Assembly (NCBI GenBank): GCA_045837725.1
Contig: JBEWZL010000123.1
Span: 62,001 to 126,000, forward strand
Reading direction: 5' to 3'
Origin: Vermamoeba vermiformis
Lineage: Eukaryota
DNA length: 64,000 nucleotides
Below the pieces are notes generated by a model that was given only the letters and a program-made list of their open reading frames with translations, ran no database searches and was not told where the DNA came from. Positions 25,752-42,700 of the stretch are shown here, in pieces (the first letter of the stretch is position 1; the number at the start of each line of letters is the position of its first letter). A program made the position numbers and the translations under genes.

Positions 25752-27395
25752 CTAGTTGAGTACGTACTTGATGGTGAGATAATTAACGTCATTGAAGTAC
25801 ACTGATGAGCTCATTGTCACTGCGTTGTAGCTGCTAGAGCCACCGAACACGACAAGCTTGTGCGTGTTGCCTTCAGAGTTCCAGTGCGAGACTGTGTGGA
25901 AGCCACGCGGCTGGAATGTGCCCGAGACAGCAGGCTGATACCACGCACCTTGCTCACCAATGCGCGGGTCATAGATGTGCACCTCATTCAAGTGCGTGTT
26001 GCCGCGGTTAATGCCACCAATCAGCACCAACTTGTTGTCCACAGCCTAATGCAGCAGTGTCAGTAGCTGTCGTGCAATCACTTGTTGTGCAGTACTCACC
26101 GTAAGGGTCACAAAGGAGCGCGCCATTGGTGTGCGACCACTGCCTGTCAACTTCTTCCACTCCATCTTGCCTGTGACACGTGTCAGTCTGTGTCCTAGTT
26201 GTACGAACAACGCTACTTACCGAGATCCAATTTGTACAAGTCGCTCGTGCGCTTCTCCTTGTCCTTGCCGCCGAACAAGTAGATTTCATTGCTGTTCAAT
26301 GCTGCCATACCATAGCCTGCACGAGGTGTGGGTGCTGTGCCGATAGTGCTGAGCTGTGACCACTCGTTGGTGCCTATTTGACACGTGTCAGTACGTCGCT
26401 AGTCACTCAATGACAGGTGTCACTTACGAGTGTCAAATGCGTAGAGATCACCGAACCAGTCGAACAGCGTGGCAGGAGGTTCTTCTTCAGACTCGTAGTC
26501 GTCAGGGTTCTCCTCCTCGCCCTCATTGTCTGCTGCGTCCTCCTCGTCAATGCTCTCTTCTTCGTCGTCCTTCTTCTCCTTGTTGTTGTTGTGGCTGTCA
26601 GTCTTCTTGGGGGCAGGGGTCTCATCGCCTTCTTCTTTGTGCTCCTCGTCCTCCTGGTCCTCGCCGTGTTGATACGGCATCTTGGGCACGACACCCTTTG
26701 GAGGTCCGAAGCCACCAAAGATGTAAATTACTGGCCCAACCGCGACTGCTGTCAACTTGTCGCGCGGTGATGGCGCAGTGCCCTTGGCAGCGATCTTCTC
26801 CCACTCCAATGTGGCTGCACTTGTCGTCAGTACGCGTACTTGTGATATCAAACAGCGCCAATACCGCTACGTACTCAAATTGAGGGCCACGACGTCACTC
26901 AACCAGCCGTCCTCGTTCATGCCATTCAGCACGTAGAGCTTGTGACCGACTTGCGCGAATGCAGCACCACTACGAGTAGCGGGCAAGAACGAGTCGATGG
27001 GCAGATCTACTTTGGACCATTGGTGCTTGTCTGCAGTTACCGTTAGAAACACGTTGACACGACAGGATCCGCAAAATTAATTGTACAATTGAATACAATA
27101 ATGCAAAAATAATATGAAAATTAATGTTAAATAATAAGCAATATTTACCTAAATTAAACGAATAGACTGCGTTGGATTGACCAATGCTCTTGTCGTTATT
27201 TTGAATGGCACCGCAGCAGATAATAAGGTTGCCCTCAGATATAGCTGCGCAATGGCCTTCACGTGCAAGAGGCACATTGTGGTTCGGATCTACTTGGTTG
27301 TGTGGTTGGATGGTAGCCCATTGCGCGGTGAAAGTGGTGGGCAATGGTGTAGCGAGAGTGCTAGGGTCCTCGGGGCCTGAAGGATTGTTACCCAT
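25752..27395 (-). CDS. Kelch-repeat protein with acidic loop and possible N-myristoylation (multi-exon)
   Basis: Repeated PR..H..GG..ND/SD kelch blades; MGNNPS N-terminus; ~60-aa D/E-rich insert. Confidence 0.85.
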
Positions 27396-27670
27396 GATTA
27401 TTCGTGGTGTTGTATTGTTATTTCAGAAAAAATACTGAAAAAACCGTTTGTTCTTTTTAAATTTGAGCGGGAATTGGATGTGCTACAACACGACGTAATG
27501 AAGAGGAAGGTAAGCATAGGATATGTAAGGTGTTTATTTACAAAGACAAAAATACAAGGTAGCTTGTACTTGAAATTAAACAGAGACAACTGGATGTGGC
27601 TCGTTTAACTTCGCTGCGTATCCGCAGATAGATGGGGCATTTGACAACAGTATTAATTACATATTTACGA

Positions 27671-28715
27671 TTATTTTCTATGCACATTTTGAGTGACCCA
27701 ATCCATGCCAGTGTTGAGACTGAGAATTTAAGGTTAGCGATCGCACTCAAAGAGATAGTAGTGGAGCAGAGAGCTCTTATCAATACGTACCCCTCGCCTG
27801 TAAGTGCGCAACACGACTGAATATGCCATTGATGGTCTTTAACGCGATTCAAGCCAAGCAGATCTGATATTTCAGCGCTCGTCATTGCACCCTACAATTG
27901 CGCAATTAACACCGATTGTACGGCGCAATGAATATAAATGTGCGCGTATGATAGCAACTCTATATTAATCGCATCATAGGGCCTTTAATTACCTTCAAAT
28001 CGTTCTTATTTGCAAACACCAAGATCAACGCATTTTTTAAGCTCTGTTTGAACGTTAATGATATTGCAAGGGTATACTCAAGTATATTAGTGTAAGTACG
28101 CACCTCATTGCTCAACATCTTTTCAAGTTCGAGTTTGGAGACTGGCAGTCGTTCTCGATCAGTACTGTCGATCACAAAAATAACGACCTAGCAACCGAAA
28201 GAATCAATTAATACATTATTATGCTCTAATATGATGATCGAGCAAAATTAATTACTGTACAGCTGAAATTAAGGAAATGAATGGATTATTGCGAAATTGA
28301 CATACATCTGTTCCGGCGTAATAATTTGCCCAAGACGCACGCGTAGACTCTTGACCACCTATATCCCACATCAAGAATTTTATATTTTTATAATTCACTT
28401 CTTCCACGTTTGAACCGATTGTCGGGTTGGTAACAACGACTTCATCCAGCAATCTATTTTCAAAATTAACAATAAAATTAATTACTACTGCCAGTAAATT
28501 ATTTAGCATGAAATTAATACGTACAATTTATATAACGTCGTAGTCTTGCCAGCATTGTTCAGCCCAACAATCACCACTTTGAATTGATCCAAATTCCAGA
28601 CTTTATTCCACAACTTTGATATCCAAAATCCCTATTAATATACATATGAATAATCGATGCGAGATTTGTTTGATTTGATTTCACGCCGCTAACCAACGGA
28701 TCGGCAGCTTACCAT
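27671..28715 (-). CDS. ARL5: ARF-like GTPase ARL5 (multi-exon, ATG-only first exon)
   Basis: [65 protein letters not shown]. Confidence 0.92.
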
Positions 28716-29128
28716 AATTGCAATGAATATATGATACTACTGAGGTGTGCTCTACTAAGGGCTGGCTGGCAAATAAGGTGCTAATAATATATAAATAGAT
28801 ATTAGTTGTGCTCGCGTCAGCAACTTGTTTATTTGAAAAGTCCATTTACATTTTCTACTCTTTCACGGCCATTGCCTAATTTGGATATTGGAGCACGTGA
28901 CTTGGCGCCCTCCACCACGATATTGAATCACGCTCCTCGACCACGAACATATGTTACTCTGAAGGGAGGAAAGGCAGCTGATTGGCCAATCCAATGCAAT
29001 CAGTTTTGTAACTGAACGGGCACTGACAAGTTAGTGTCGCCGATTGGTCAGTTGAAGCACGTGCCCTGTGATTGGTCAGTTCAGTGACGTGCTCAGCGAG
29101 TGTCTGATCACCCATGCCTCTCGTGCGA

Positions 29129-30341
29129 CTAGTAGTCCTCGCGCATTCGTTCACCACCGCGCTCCACTCGTCTGGTGCCAGTGCTGTGGTGAGCACGTGA
29201 CTGGTACTGATCACGTGACGGACCACGTGATTGTCCACCAGGGCCCTGCACTAATCTTTGCAGTTGTGCCCGCTCTTCATTCTCCCTGGCCATTCTTTCA
29301 CGTCTCAATCGTTCCAAGGTCTCGAGTTTCTGCTGCTCCTTGTCCTTGCGCTTGTCTTTCTTGTCCCTGTGCTTGTCCTTGTGCCGCTTGTCTTTGTGCT
29401 TCTTCTCTTTGTCGCTCTTGGTCTCGCCCTCGCTCTTGCTCTCTCGCTCTTTGGCTCTGATCTTCTCTTCCATTGCGCGCTCTTGTCGCGAGTTGTCGAG
29501 TTGTGCCCGCACCACGGCGAGTTGTTGGTGCGAGGGACGTGTCAAGGTGTCACTGGTGGACTTGACGTGCAGGTACTTGTTCATCGCACTCAACGGATCT
29601 GCTTCGCTCTTCCTCCGCTCCATGCGCTGTTGTTTGGCCTCGCTGATCTCACTCGTGCCACCCTCGTACCAGGGCTTGTTTTCTAAATTAGGCTAGTCAG
29701 TACCACATCTCACGAGGCATACTAGTCAGTTATTAGTACTCACTCGTATACTCGCTAGAACTCTGGCCTAGATACGTTGTGAATTGTCTATTCAATCGCT
29801 CTTGTTTCGCGCGCTCTTCAGCTTCGTGTTCGGGATTTGTTTGTTTGCCAGTACGACTCAAGTCTACCACTTCACCGTTCTCTTTCTGCTAGATGTAAGG
29901 AATCACTCGTATTAGCATTAAATATGTTACTCACTGCCTCCAGCTCTGGAAATAAATTGAAGTGTTTCTGTTCTTCAGGCACATCTGACTTCTCAGTGCT
30001 GTTTCCGGTGAATAGTGCGGCAATAGTTTCAGCCGAATCAGCTGTGTTGCTATTATGTGTGATTTTTTGTCGTTTCAATCGCTCGAGGCGTGCTTCTTGT
30101 TCCTACGAACGAAGATCCAAATCAATAAAATAATTCGAATAATATTTTCTAAATTACAAATAATTCTCTATGCATTCTAATCATCAAATTGTATTTTAAT
30201 ATGGCGATATTTCCTTACATAACCTAATTTGCGCTTTTTCTCTTCCCGCTCTTTCTGTTCATGCTCGCGCTCGTCTTTGCGCACCTTGTCAATGTTCTTC
30301 TGACTATAAGGATTCCAACTCTTATGTGGCAGTAAGTGCAT
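29129..30341 (-). CDS. LENG1: LENG1-like (Cir_N domain) protein
   Basis: MHLLPHKSWNPYSQKNIDKVRKDE, HFNLF, KPWYE, DPLSAM..YL, LERLRRERMARE..ER. Confidence 0.8.
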
Positions 30342-30463
30342 GGTGCTATATTAATATGCTTCAACTGGTGCGTGGTGTTGAAGTGCTGTGGTAGTGCTCA
30401 ATAATTGACTTCTCAAATCTTTTTCAATTGTCACCACGAGCACACACGTGTCAAACACATAAT

Positions 30464-32036
30464 ATGAATGCTATCAGTACCTCATTAATAAGACGTATAT
30501 TAACGCGAGCCCGAAGTCCCACACATGTACTCTCGCGAGGTAAATAGTTCACTCAGATCCAGGGCGGGATCTTACTACTACAAATTCTGTTAATGCAGCC
30601 AATATTTTTAATATTATTGCCCATGCATATACTATTATATTTAATCCAATTATTGATCCTACGATGCAGGGCTATTTAAACAAAATTGGATCAACAAACG
30701 ACGCTCTTCCACTACACGCACGCCTGAACAAGTACGTGGTATAATGACAATACAGCTTAATTAATACACCTATGATCAGATGGCCTATATTCAACGACTA
30801 GTAGCGCCGTTGTCACCGCGCATCCAGCTCGCGGAAGTAGCAGGAGCAGGAGTGAGTACACAATGACAATGAGATGATAGCCCTAATATCACAACTAACT
30901 GGCGGCTAGGTAGGGCTGGTGAGTGGCACGCACTTCAACCAGGGCCAAGAACTGTTCAGTGAATCGCCGCACGTGCTGGCCCCCGAGGTAAGTGTGGCCT
31001 GTGACGCCATTGGTCGCTGATCACGTGACAGTACTCGCACCACAGCGACATCTGCGCGCACTGCTTGACACCGCTGAGCACTGTCAGTCAACAAGTGACA
31101 CGTGTCACTGGCCAGCCCGTGTCAGATGTAATGTCACAGCTCGAACAACAGCTGCAGGTCCTCTACCAGGGCCACTATGCCACCACACACGCGGAGTGTC
31201 AACACTGTCACGTGACTTATTGTTCCGCTGCGTGTCAACAAGCCGCGTGGCGTCAGTACCATCACGTGCTGTGTGAAGGACCGCGCAGTGACAGGTCCGG
31301 TACAAGTGTCAAAGCCCGCACTGCACTCGCTGACCGAGCACGCGCTGATTCAATGATTGCATTTATTTCGCGCATCTTTGCTGAAATTGCACTGCGCTAC
31401 GACAACACACTGCGGAACAATCCAGCGCTGATCGATCAGTCCGAGCACGTGTTCAATCACGTGGCCGAGCACGTGCTCAATTTGATGGCATTTAAGTTTG
31501 AACACGCCAAGCAATTCACTGAAAATGAGTTTTTCACTGAACGACTGGCGCTGATCGAACAAGCACTGCGAGAGGCGCAGACGAGTGGCGTGCTGCAACA
31601 CGTGCCAGCAATCTCGTACGGGAGATTTGTGCTGCTGTATCTCAAAGTGAATCTCAACTACCTCACCGCCTATTCGCTCACTGCGCCCGCCACACTGCTG
31701 CGCGACAACGAGCACCTGAGCGCGGCCCTGACACAGCTGCAAACAGCGCTCTATCGTGAACTCACACAGGTGCCGAGTGCCCTGGTAGAATATTTGCAGG
31801 GCTCTGGACCAGGGCTGTATCCGACCAGTGCGCTGCTCAATCACAGCTGCAAACCTTCACTGAACGCGAAATTTGGACTCAAAGGCCAAGTCACGTGGAC
31901 TGCAGCACGTGATCTGCCACCGAACACGCCACTCACCATCGCGTACGTGGATCCGACTCTGTCACGTGATGAGCGGAACAATTATTTAAAGGCTCGACAT
32001 TATTTTTCATGCGAGGGCTGCACGGAGTGTGACTGA
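30464..32036 (+). CDS. SET-MYND (SMYD-like) lysine methyltransferase with possible mitochondrial presequence
   Basis: GVGLVSGTHFNQGQELFSESP, CAHC..CQHC..YCSAACQ..W..YH..LC, GLYP..LLNHSC-x-P, AARDL..LTIAY, YFSC..C..C. Confidence 0.85.
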
Positions 32037-32220
32037 GGCAATAAATCATATGATTGGCCTTGTCTATATTTGGCAATTCACTTGCGTCGGAGTGCGAGCC
32101 CTGGTAGACGTTTTGCCTAATTTAGCACAACCCAACATTCTGCATTTTGAACTTGAAACATTAACGAGCACCAGAGCTCCAGGTCCTAGTCTCGTATATA
32201 CTAGCAGCTATTAATACACA

Positions 32221-35103
<2,883 letters not shown>

Positions 35104-35229
35104 GATGGCTGATGTTCATATTTTAAACCCTTCAACCTTGAATAAAAGTGCAAACAAGAAGGTCGTAGTAGTGATTTTAATATGTGCACTCACACATATG
35201 ATTTAGTTTGAACAAAAATTACAATTCAT

Positions 35230-38130
35230 TTACTGCGTGCTGCTCTGTGTGGCACTGGTTGCGCGCTCTCGTCTCTTGCGCAACAAATCTTCGCAGATCT
35301 TGTTCACCACCTGCGCGAGACATTAGTCGTATTCGTAGTCACCGTAGTGTTGTTACTTACACTCAAGTCCAAGTGCTGCGGGTCCAACGTGCGGTCAGCA
35401 GTGCCCGCGAGTACCTGATCCAACACCACATCGAGCAGTGTCTCGTCGTCGACATAATCAGCGAGGGCAATGCGCAAGAAGTGCGTGTCGACTTGGATCT
35501 GTTGATAGCCGTGCGTGCTGAATGTTCTCATGCGCACACTCTCCAACATGTTCTGCACGCACCGTTAGTCACTGCTATTCACAACACAAGCGACATGTGC
35601 CACTGACCTTCAAGCAGATCTTGATGACTGCTGCGATGATGTTGCTCTGATACATCTCCACGCTGCCAAAGTACTGCACGCGGCGTGAGAACAGTTGATC
35701 AATGTCTGCTGTCGCACTTTGTTGGCGCAATCGTCGGTTGTCGCGACGCACTTTGTTGCGCAGATCATCGTCGAACAATCGGCCCACCAAGCGATGCAGC
35801 GCGGCGAGTTCATCGACCACGAGATCAATCACCATCTCCACTGCTTGAGGCTCGCGTCGCTTCAACCAATTGCCGCTGTCAATGGCGCGGTGCAACATGA
35901 GTCCGAGCTGCTGGCCTGACAGTCGCACGAACTGACCCAACAAGCGCTGTGCTGGCTCGTACAGTGTCGCTGCGAGGTCTTGCACATTGACACCAAAGTC
36001 GAGACGCGTCTGATCGGTCAACTGCAACAACATGGCGAGCGAGGTCTGGATCTGCGGCAATGTCTTGCGGAGTTCGAGACAGATCTTGCTCAACAACAAC
36101 AGACCACGCACATGTCTGTACCGCTGTTAGTATTGGTACCAGTATAAGGATAGCGCGTGTCACTTACTGCTCGTCTTTGCTCTCCATTTCCACGAATTTC
36201 TGCAATGACAGAATCAGTACAAATAAGGTAATAAACACTCGATCACGTACCGAGAGCACGACACTAGTGGTGTATAAGAACAGCTGTTGCATCTTAATGC
36301 CAATCTTGGCCACGAATCCCGTGCAGTGCTTCTCCAAGAAATAACCTTTTTTGGTAACCACAAAGAAGGGCTGCACAAAATTCAGTGAATCGCGCATTCA
36401 GTGAAAGCACGTCACGTACCTTGAACTTGAGCAGCAGTGCATCAATGTCACCGCGAATTTGATTGACAGATCGGAGCACAATCTCCGAGAGATATCCCGC
36501 GTCATTGACCTTGCTGGCATCAGTGGCACGTGTCACACCTGTCAACAGCTGTTCGATGCGCTTCTGCAGCGAATTGAATTCTTGTTCGAGATAGCTGTTG
36601 AGCACGGACTGAATGAGATTGTACGACAGTTCGTTGAGCGAGATGTTCAGCGTGTCACTCTCGCGACCAAAGTGCAGCATGTCGAGCTCTTCTTCCACGC
36701 GGCCAAAGCTGTTCGCTTGTGTCTGCAGCGCTCCGAGCACTTTGACGGCACTGTCTGCACGCAACAGCTGCGAGCGCACAATGTCAAAGTAGTACGAGAA
36801 GAGGTGGTGGCGACTGGTCGTGTTGAACATGGAGGCTGCATTGGCGCGCTCAGCGGGGGACTTCTCTTTCTTGATGAACAGCTGCTCAAAGGACACTGCA
36901 AAGCCAATGAAGGTCGGGAAGAAGGTGCGGCTAATGTCCTTCACAAAGCTGCTGTACTCGTTCTGCTCGTCGCTGGCCAGTGACTGCAGCACATCGCGCG
37001 AGTAGACAGCAGGATTGTCGTCAGCACTCTCGCTCGGTGAGTTCTGCGGCTGTGGCTCAGCGGTGCCCTCCAACAACGTGCTCGCCTCGCTGCTGGGCTT
37101 GGTGGCACTCAAGAACTGATAGTCTTTGAAGGTCTCGAGCTTGCTGACCAGCACTTGACGGCGACTGTGACACGCGAGATTAGCACGAGATACACAGTGA
37201 CAGGTGACACTTACTTTTCGAGGTAATCAGTGCGCAGTGCAGCGGGGGACTCTTTGAGATCTATTAATAGACCAACATATTCAGCCAAGTCCTCTGAAGA
37301 GGTCTGTTGCAATGTCATTAGCACCCATCAGTCACGCGTTTGGATGTGGCTCACCTCTTTTTGTGCGAGTTTGTCTTTCAACAAGCCCCTCAATCGTTCT
37401 ACAATAGCAATGCAGGTGCTGTGTATGTTCTTGAAGGATTGAATCTGCGAGTATTTGACCAGGATCGGATCTGTGCGCACCCAGCGACGTACTGCCTCTG
37501 AATAGGCCTCTAATTTGATAGCTTGCTCTAAATTCTGCGGCAATTCGACCAAAAACTGCAACTTTTGCAACAGTCGATGCACTCCTGAGAGCTGTTCAAT
37601 CTTCTCTCGCTTGGAGGCCAAAGTGTCGGTGATCTGTGTACTGGACTGGCTGATCTTCTCTATATTCACTTTCAGCTTGCTCATCTCTTCTTCCATATTC
37701 TCAACATTGCCTTTCATCTGTGCAGCAAGCATTGTGAGCTCACAAATCATTTAAGCAGTGTGCTTGTAATTAATTACCTTCTTGATCGTGTCAGCAGCAG
37801 TAATAAATTTGCTGTAATTATCATACACTAGTGTTTTTACATTTCCATCCAATATTTTAATTTCTAACGTGCGTAATAATGACCGTTAATTAGATAATTA
37901 TTTGAAAATATTATTCAATTACCCTTAGCTAATTCACTGTCAACTTTCATTAAATCAGGCAGTGCTTTTGACCGCAATAAATCTTTAAAATAAGATTTAG
38001 CATCAAATGATTTGCTGTCCGGATTCATAGGATCATCTTCCGCAACTTCAGCTTGAAACTGTTGAATGAGTTGTCTGTTTCTCTCTCGCCTCGAGCGAGG
38101 TGCAGTCTGAGGAGTGCTCGTCCTCTCCAT
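35230..38130 (-). CDS. VPS51: GARP/EARP subunit VPS51 (multi-exon)
   Basis: [69 protein letters not shown]. Confidence 0.92.
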
Positions 38131-38440
38131 CCTCACTCGTTGTTATATTAATTAGCCCTTTGCAAAATTTCAAACTACTTTTATCGGTGGAAATTACCCG
38201 AACTCACGAACACTAGCACTCTACGCAATAAAGCGGCTAATTATCCCTCTAATAACAAACGCATCAATATCAGGCGTGAGGGCAGTATGTACAGCAATGA
38301 GGAAACGAATTTATTTCCGATCGAAATCTTTACAAAATGAGCGTCAGATCCAACGCATCGCGTAGCAGTTTAAAAAAAAATTGAGTTGGTCCCAGTGTTA
38401 GATAAGCGTTAATTTATATAAATAAAGCAGTGAGCAGCAC

Positions 38441-39359
38441 TTAGTGGTGAGTGAGCTTGGCGTCGCCAAAGAGACGTTGTCTGATCTCAGGCAGCGCGAC
38501 TTCAAAGGCGTATTTGAGTCGCATATCGAGGGTGTTGTTCACCATGATGCGACCTTCTTGCGCACTCAGCACCACACCACCAGCGCATGTCTCTTGACTG
38601 GCACCAGAGGGCGTGGCAGGAGCGAGGAAGTGCTTGACATCGAGTGTGAGCTTGCAGTCCTTCTTCTTGAGTGCTTTGTACTCTTGTTCGGCTTGGGACA
38701 GCGCGGCCTCCACCAGCGACTTGTCTTCTTGACGGCAACGCACTGAAATGGCGGGCTCGTCAATCTTGATCATACCCTGCACGAGTGATAGTGATTAGAT
38801 CGAATATGTCTCGATATTTGACTTATTATAATCAGTGTGGCAGATCGTGCATCCGTTATTATTGTCAATCTAGATTTACCTCGACCAACAATCGGCGCAA
38901 CAAGGTTGAGTATTGTTCAGTGTTTTTGGTGATAGAAGATAATTGGCTGCTAGCCTTAGTAACTGCGGCTTGAACAGCCTCTTCTTGGGTCTTCAAGATG
39001 CGCAAGCGAGATTTGTTGACTTCGTTTGAGAAAGCGCTATTATATAATTATAATTAATATAATATAATTAATGTTAATACGTATAAAATGGTATTAATAA
39101 CACCCACGATTAATTATAATTAAACGAAGAAAAAAACGTTACAAAAAGATAATTACATTTTCTTTTGGACTTCGACCTCTTTCATCTTTCGCTCAAATTC
39201 CTTCATTAACTTCAATTTTTGTGCTTGAACCTTTTTGGCCTTTTCAATGGTGAAGTCCTCCTCGGCCTTGGCTAAAATTTCTTCAGCCTTCTCTTCAGCT
39301 TCCTTCTTGATGAAGCTGACCATGTTTTCGAGTTGTTTAGCAACTGCTGCGTCGTTCAT
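38441..39359 (-). CDS. ATP6V1E1: V-type ATPase subunit E (3 exons)
   Basis: MVSFIKKEAEEKAEEI..EEDFTIEK; CAGGVVL..GRIMVNNTLDMRL..LPEIRQRLFG. Confidence 0.96.
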
Positions 39360-39740
39360 TTTTGTGTTATTTGTGAGTAAATGATACTACTGTCTCCTTC
39401 ACCACTGAATAAATACGGCAACAAATACCCGATCTGGAGTGTTCGTGTCGGTTTTCGTTGGTTTGGCTGAAAATTTTTGGCTCGTTTTTTTTGGCTGAAT
39501 TTTTTTGAACGAGCGAACCTAACTTAGAAATTCACAAAATACCAAGCTCTTTGCAACAATAGAATCAATTTAATAGAGAACAAGTATATATAGTGGCTCA
39601 CTGTATTTATTTATTTTGTTCTTCTTAGTTTTGTTTATTTGTGTCTTTGACACCAACTAAAAATTATACGGATCAGCAACTTCAAACACAAAAAAGTTAC
39701 AAAATATTCATTATCACACTATCAGACCGTATTTATTTGA

Positions 39741-42700
39741 ATGAGCGATATCCGGTATGTCATAAAACTATGATGAATAATTTAAATAAAAAGCATATCA
39801 ATTCGGATTGTGGCTTACCATCCTCCTTTTTTCTTGCAGTATTGATAGGGCGGTTCTTACCGTCAAGGAAGATAGACCAGCTAGAACATCTTCTCCTATT
39901 GGTATTAATGCCCTTTCGCCAAAAGAAGACGCAGTATTTAAACGAGAGGTTAGTAGCGGCAAATCCGCTTGATCACACCGTATTTTCTAATTCCCCTCGT
40001 TGCAGGACACTTCTCGTAAGTTGTATTCTCCAATTGGCTCACCTATGACCGAGAATACAGCTGCAGCGAATGACGGCAGCTTCTTCAGCAACAAACAGGC
40101 CCCGCATCACATTATGGGTTTATTTGGGTAAGTATCTATGCTTAAATAATACGCCACTATTTGAATAATAGCGTGCTAAGTACCTTAACAGTGGAACTAG
40201 TCACCAGTCAAGCATGTTTATTCGATCTCTTTCTCCTGCAACGAATCTTGGTCCAAACGGGAAAATAGGTAATTGATTGGTTTCATGGTTGCATATTATA
40301 GTAGTGTTGCTTATACTTACTCGAGATTTTCTGTAATTTCTTGATTCCGTTTCAATTTCGCTTCAAAAGACCTCCGCGTGTCCGTCGGTTGAACAAACCG
40401 ATGCCAATTGTGTAACATCCTTTAAAAAAATACTAATATGCTTGATTTATTTATTAGATGCGTCAAATCAAGCAGTTGTGCAGATCAACGACTTGGATGA
40501 AGCAACAAACGAAGATATCGCTCGGAGTTTGCCGGGATTAAGTCCGATGAATCCCATGAATCACGTCAACAAGATAAACAATGCCAAGCGCTTCGAACCT
40601 CCACGACGTCGAGCGATGAGCCTCGTAGGTACTGCAGGGGACAGATTTGCAAACTCGGACTGGAGCTTCGATCCGAACAACTTTAACAACGGCCAAAACA
40701 TACCATATGACCATCAAGTCTATTCTCGATCTATTGAAGCGAACAATCCATGGAGCAATGCCAATGTCCAGCAACAAGAGTACTATCAATACAACAACCA
40801 GCAGCAATATTACAACGAACAACAATATCGCGCGCAACAGCAGCAGTATTATCATATGCAACAACAGGCCTATCAACAGCAGCAACAGCACCACAATTAT
40901 CAGCAAGAATTGTCCGAGCAAGACGAGTGGATCACAGGCATGGGTGGCATGGACTTTGAGAACAGCACTGACAATCAGCCCAAATATGGTCAACACGTGC
41001 CTGGATTCTACAACGCCAGTCTCATGTCCTATCAGCACCGCACTGACACTGCCAGTCCGCAGCAGAGTCCGCGCTATGCTCCTGGCGTGACACGTGTCAC
41101 CAATCAAATGTCAAATTTGACACTCAACCAGGGCTCGCACCTGTCAACTTCACCAAATTATTCCGCACAGTCCCCAGCTCCCACCACCACAAGCACAACG
41201 AGCTGTCTCGTGCTCGGCGTGGGCTTCAGATCTGGCTGGATGGGTCCGCCCACTGGTCCTGCCAGTCGCTCGCTGCTCATCTACAACTTGCCGCAGGGCA
41301 TTCTGTTCACGGCTGCGCACAGTTACACGGCCATGTCGCGCTCAGGCTACGACCCCTCGACGAGCACCATGACCCTCACGGCCTCCACGTCCTCGTCCAC
41401 CACACCGAGCAGCACACCGCCCACCACGCCCTCCTCGTCCACGGCACAAAGTCCTATGATGTCGCCGTTCAGTTCACCGCGCATGACCTCCATCAATGCC
41501 CCGATGCTGAACCTCTCCATTGTGAATGCTGAGTCACTGACCTCGAGCTCGCCGTTCTCCCTCAACGCCAGCACTTCAGTCGCCGATCAGCTCATCTCGC
41601 TCTTGCTCAACTTTGGACCGATTCGCTCGTTGCAGTTCTCAGCGGGCAACACCAAGACAGGCATGAACAGCAGTCCTGGCAGCGAGCTGTTCAACAACAG
41701 TCCCTTCTTGATCGTGTCGTACTTTGACATTCGACACGCGCAGAATGCTGTCTTACATTTGCACGCGTGCAACTTCAAGAACAAGAAGCTCGAAGTGCAA
41801 TACTTCTTCCCCAAGGACTACACCTCGCTCAAAGAACAGAATCAGGGCACACTGGTCATATTCAATCTCGATCCCAACACCTCCAACGAGGACCTTAAGA
41901 GCATATTCGGCGAGTACGGCGAGATCAAAGAGATTCGCGAGTCACCGAACAAGAAGCACAAGTTCATCGAGTTCTACGATGTGCGCGATGCTGAACGTGC
42001 GATGAAGTACTTGAACAAGAGCGAGGTGAAGGGCAAGAAGATCAAGATTGAGCCCTCCAGACCTGGTGGTCCGCGCAAGAACATGCTGCATCAACTCACG
42101 CTCGATGTCGACGATGACTTGCAGACCCCGCACGCAGTCACGCCCAACAGCAACGCTGTGCCCGCACCTGTCCCTGCCCCTGCCGCCAACTATCAGCTCT
42201 ACCAGGGCAATGTGCACTATCCCAACTACGCGCCCAACACTGCCCCGAATTATTCTGCGGTGCGGGAACCCGAAGTGTTGAAGCCGTACTCGCCACTGCC
42301 CGACAAGCAGTACGCGACCCCGAACTACGCGCACCACAACAGCTATCACGCGACTGGACTGGTCCCGAACCCGAATCCACTCATTGCCCCGAATCCTAGT
42401 GCAGCCAATCACGTGCCAGCCAAGCCTTTCACCAATCACAGCGCAGCTCCGTCCAATCCGCTGTTCTTTGACGGCCCAGGACTGTTCTCACTCACCCCGA
42501 GCATCAGTGCTGCACCCAATCCCAGCACCGAGCACGTGCTCAATGCCAGTCTGTTGAGTGCCTCGCCACTCGATGTCTTCTCGTCACGTGATCGCAGTGA
42601 GTTCAAAGCACCCTCCAACACCGCGTCACCTGTCAAACCTGCGCCGAGTCACGCCACTGACGGTCAGCCGAGTCCGAGCGAGCACGTGCCCGCACCCAGC

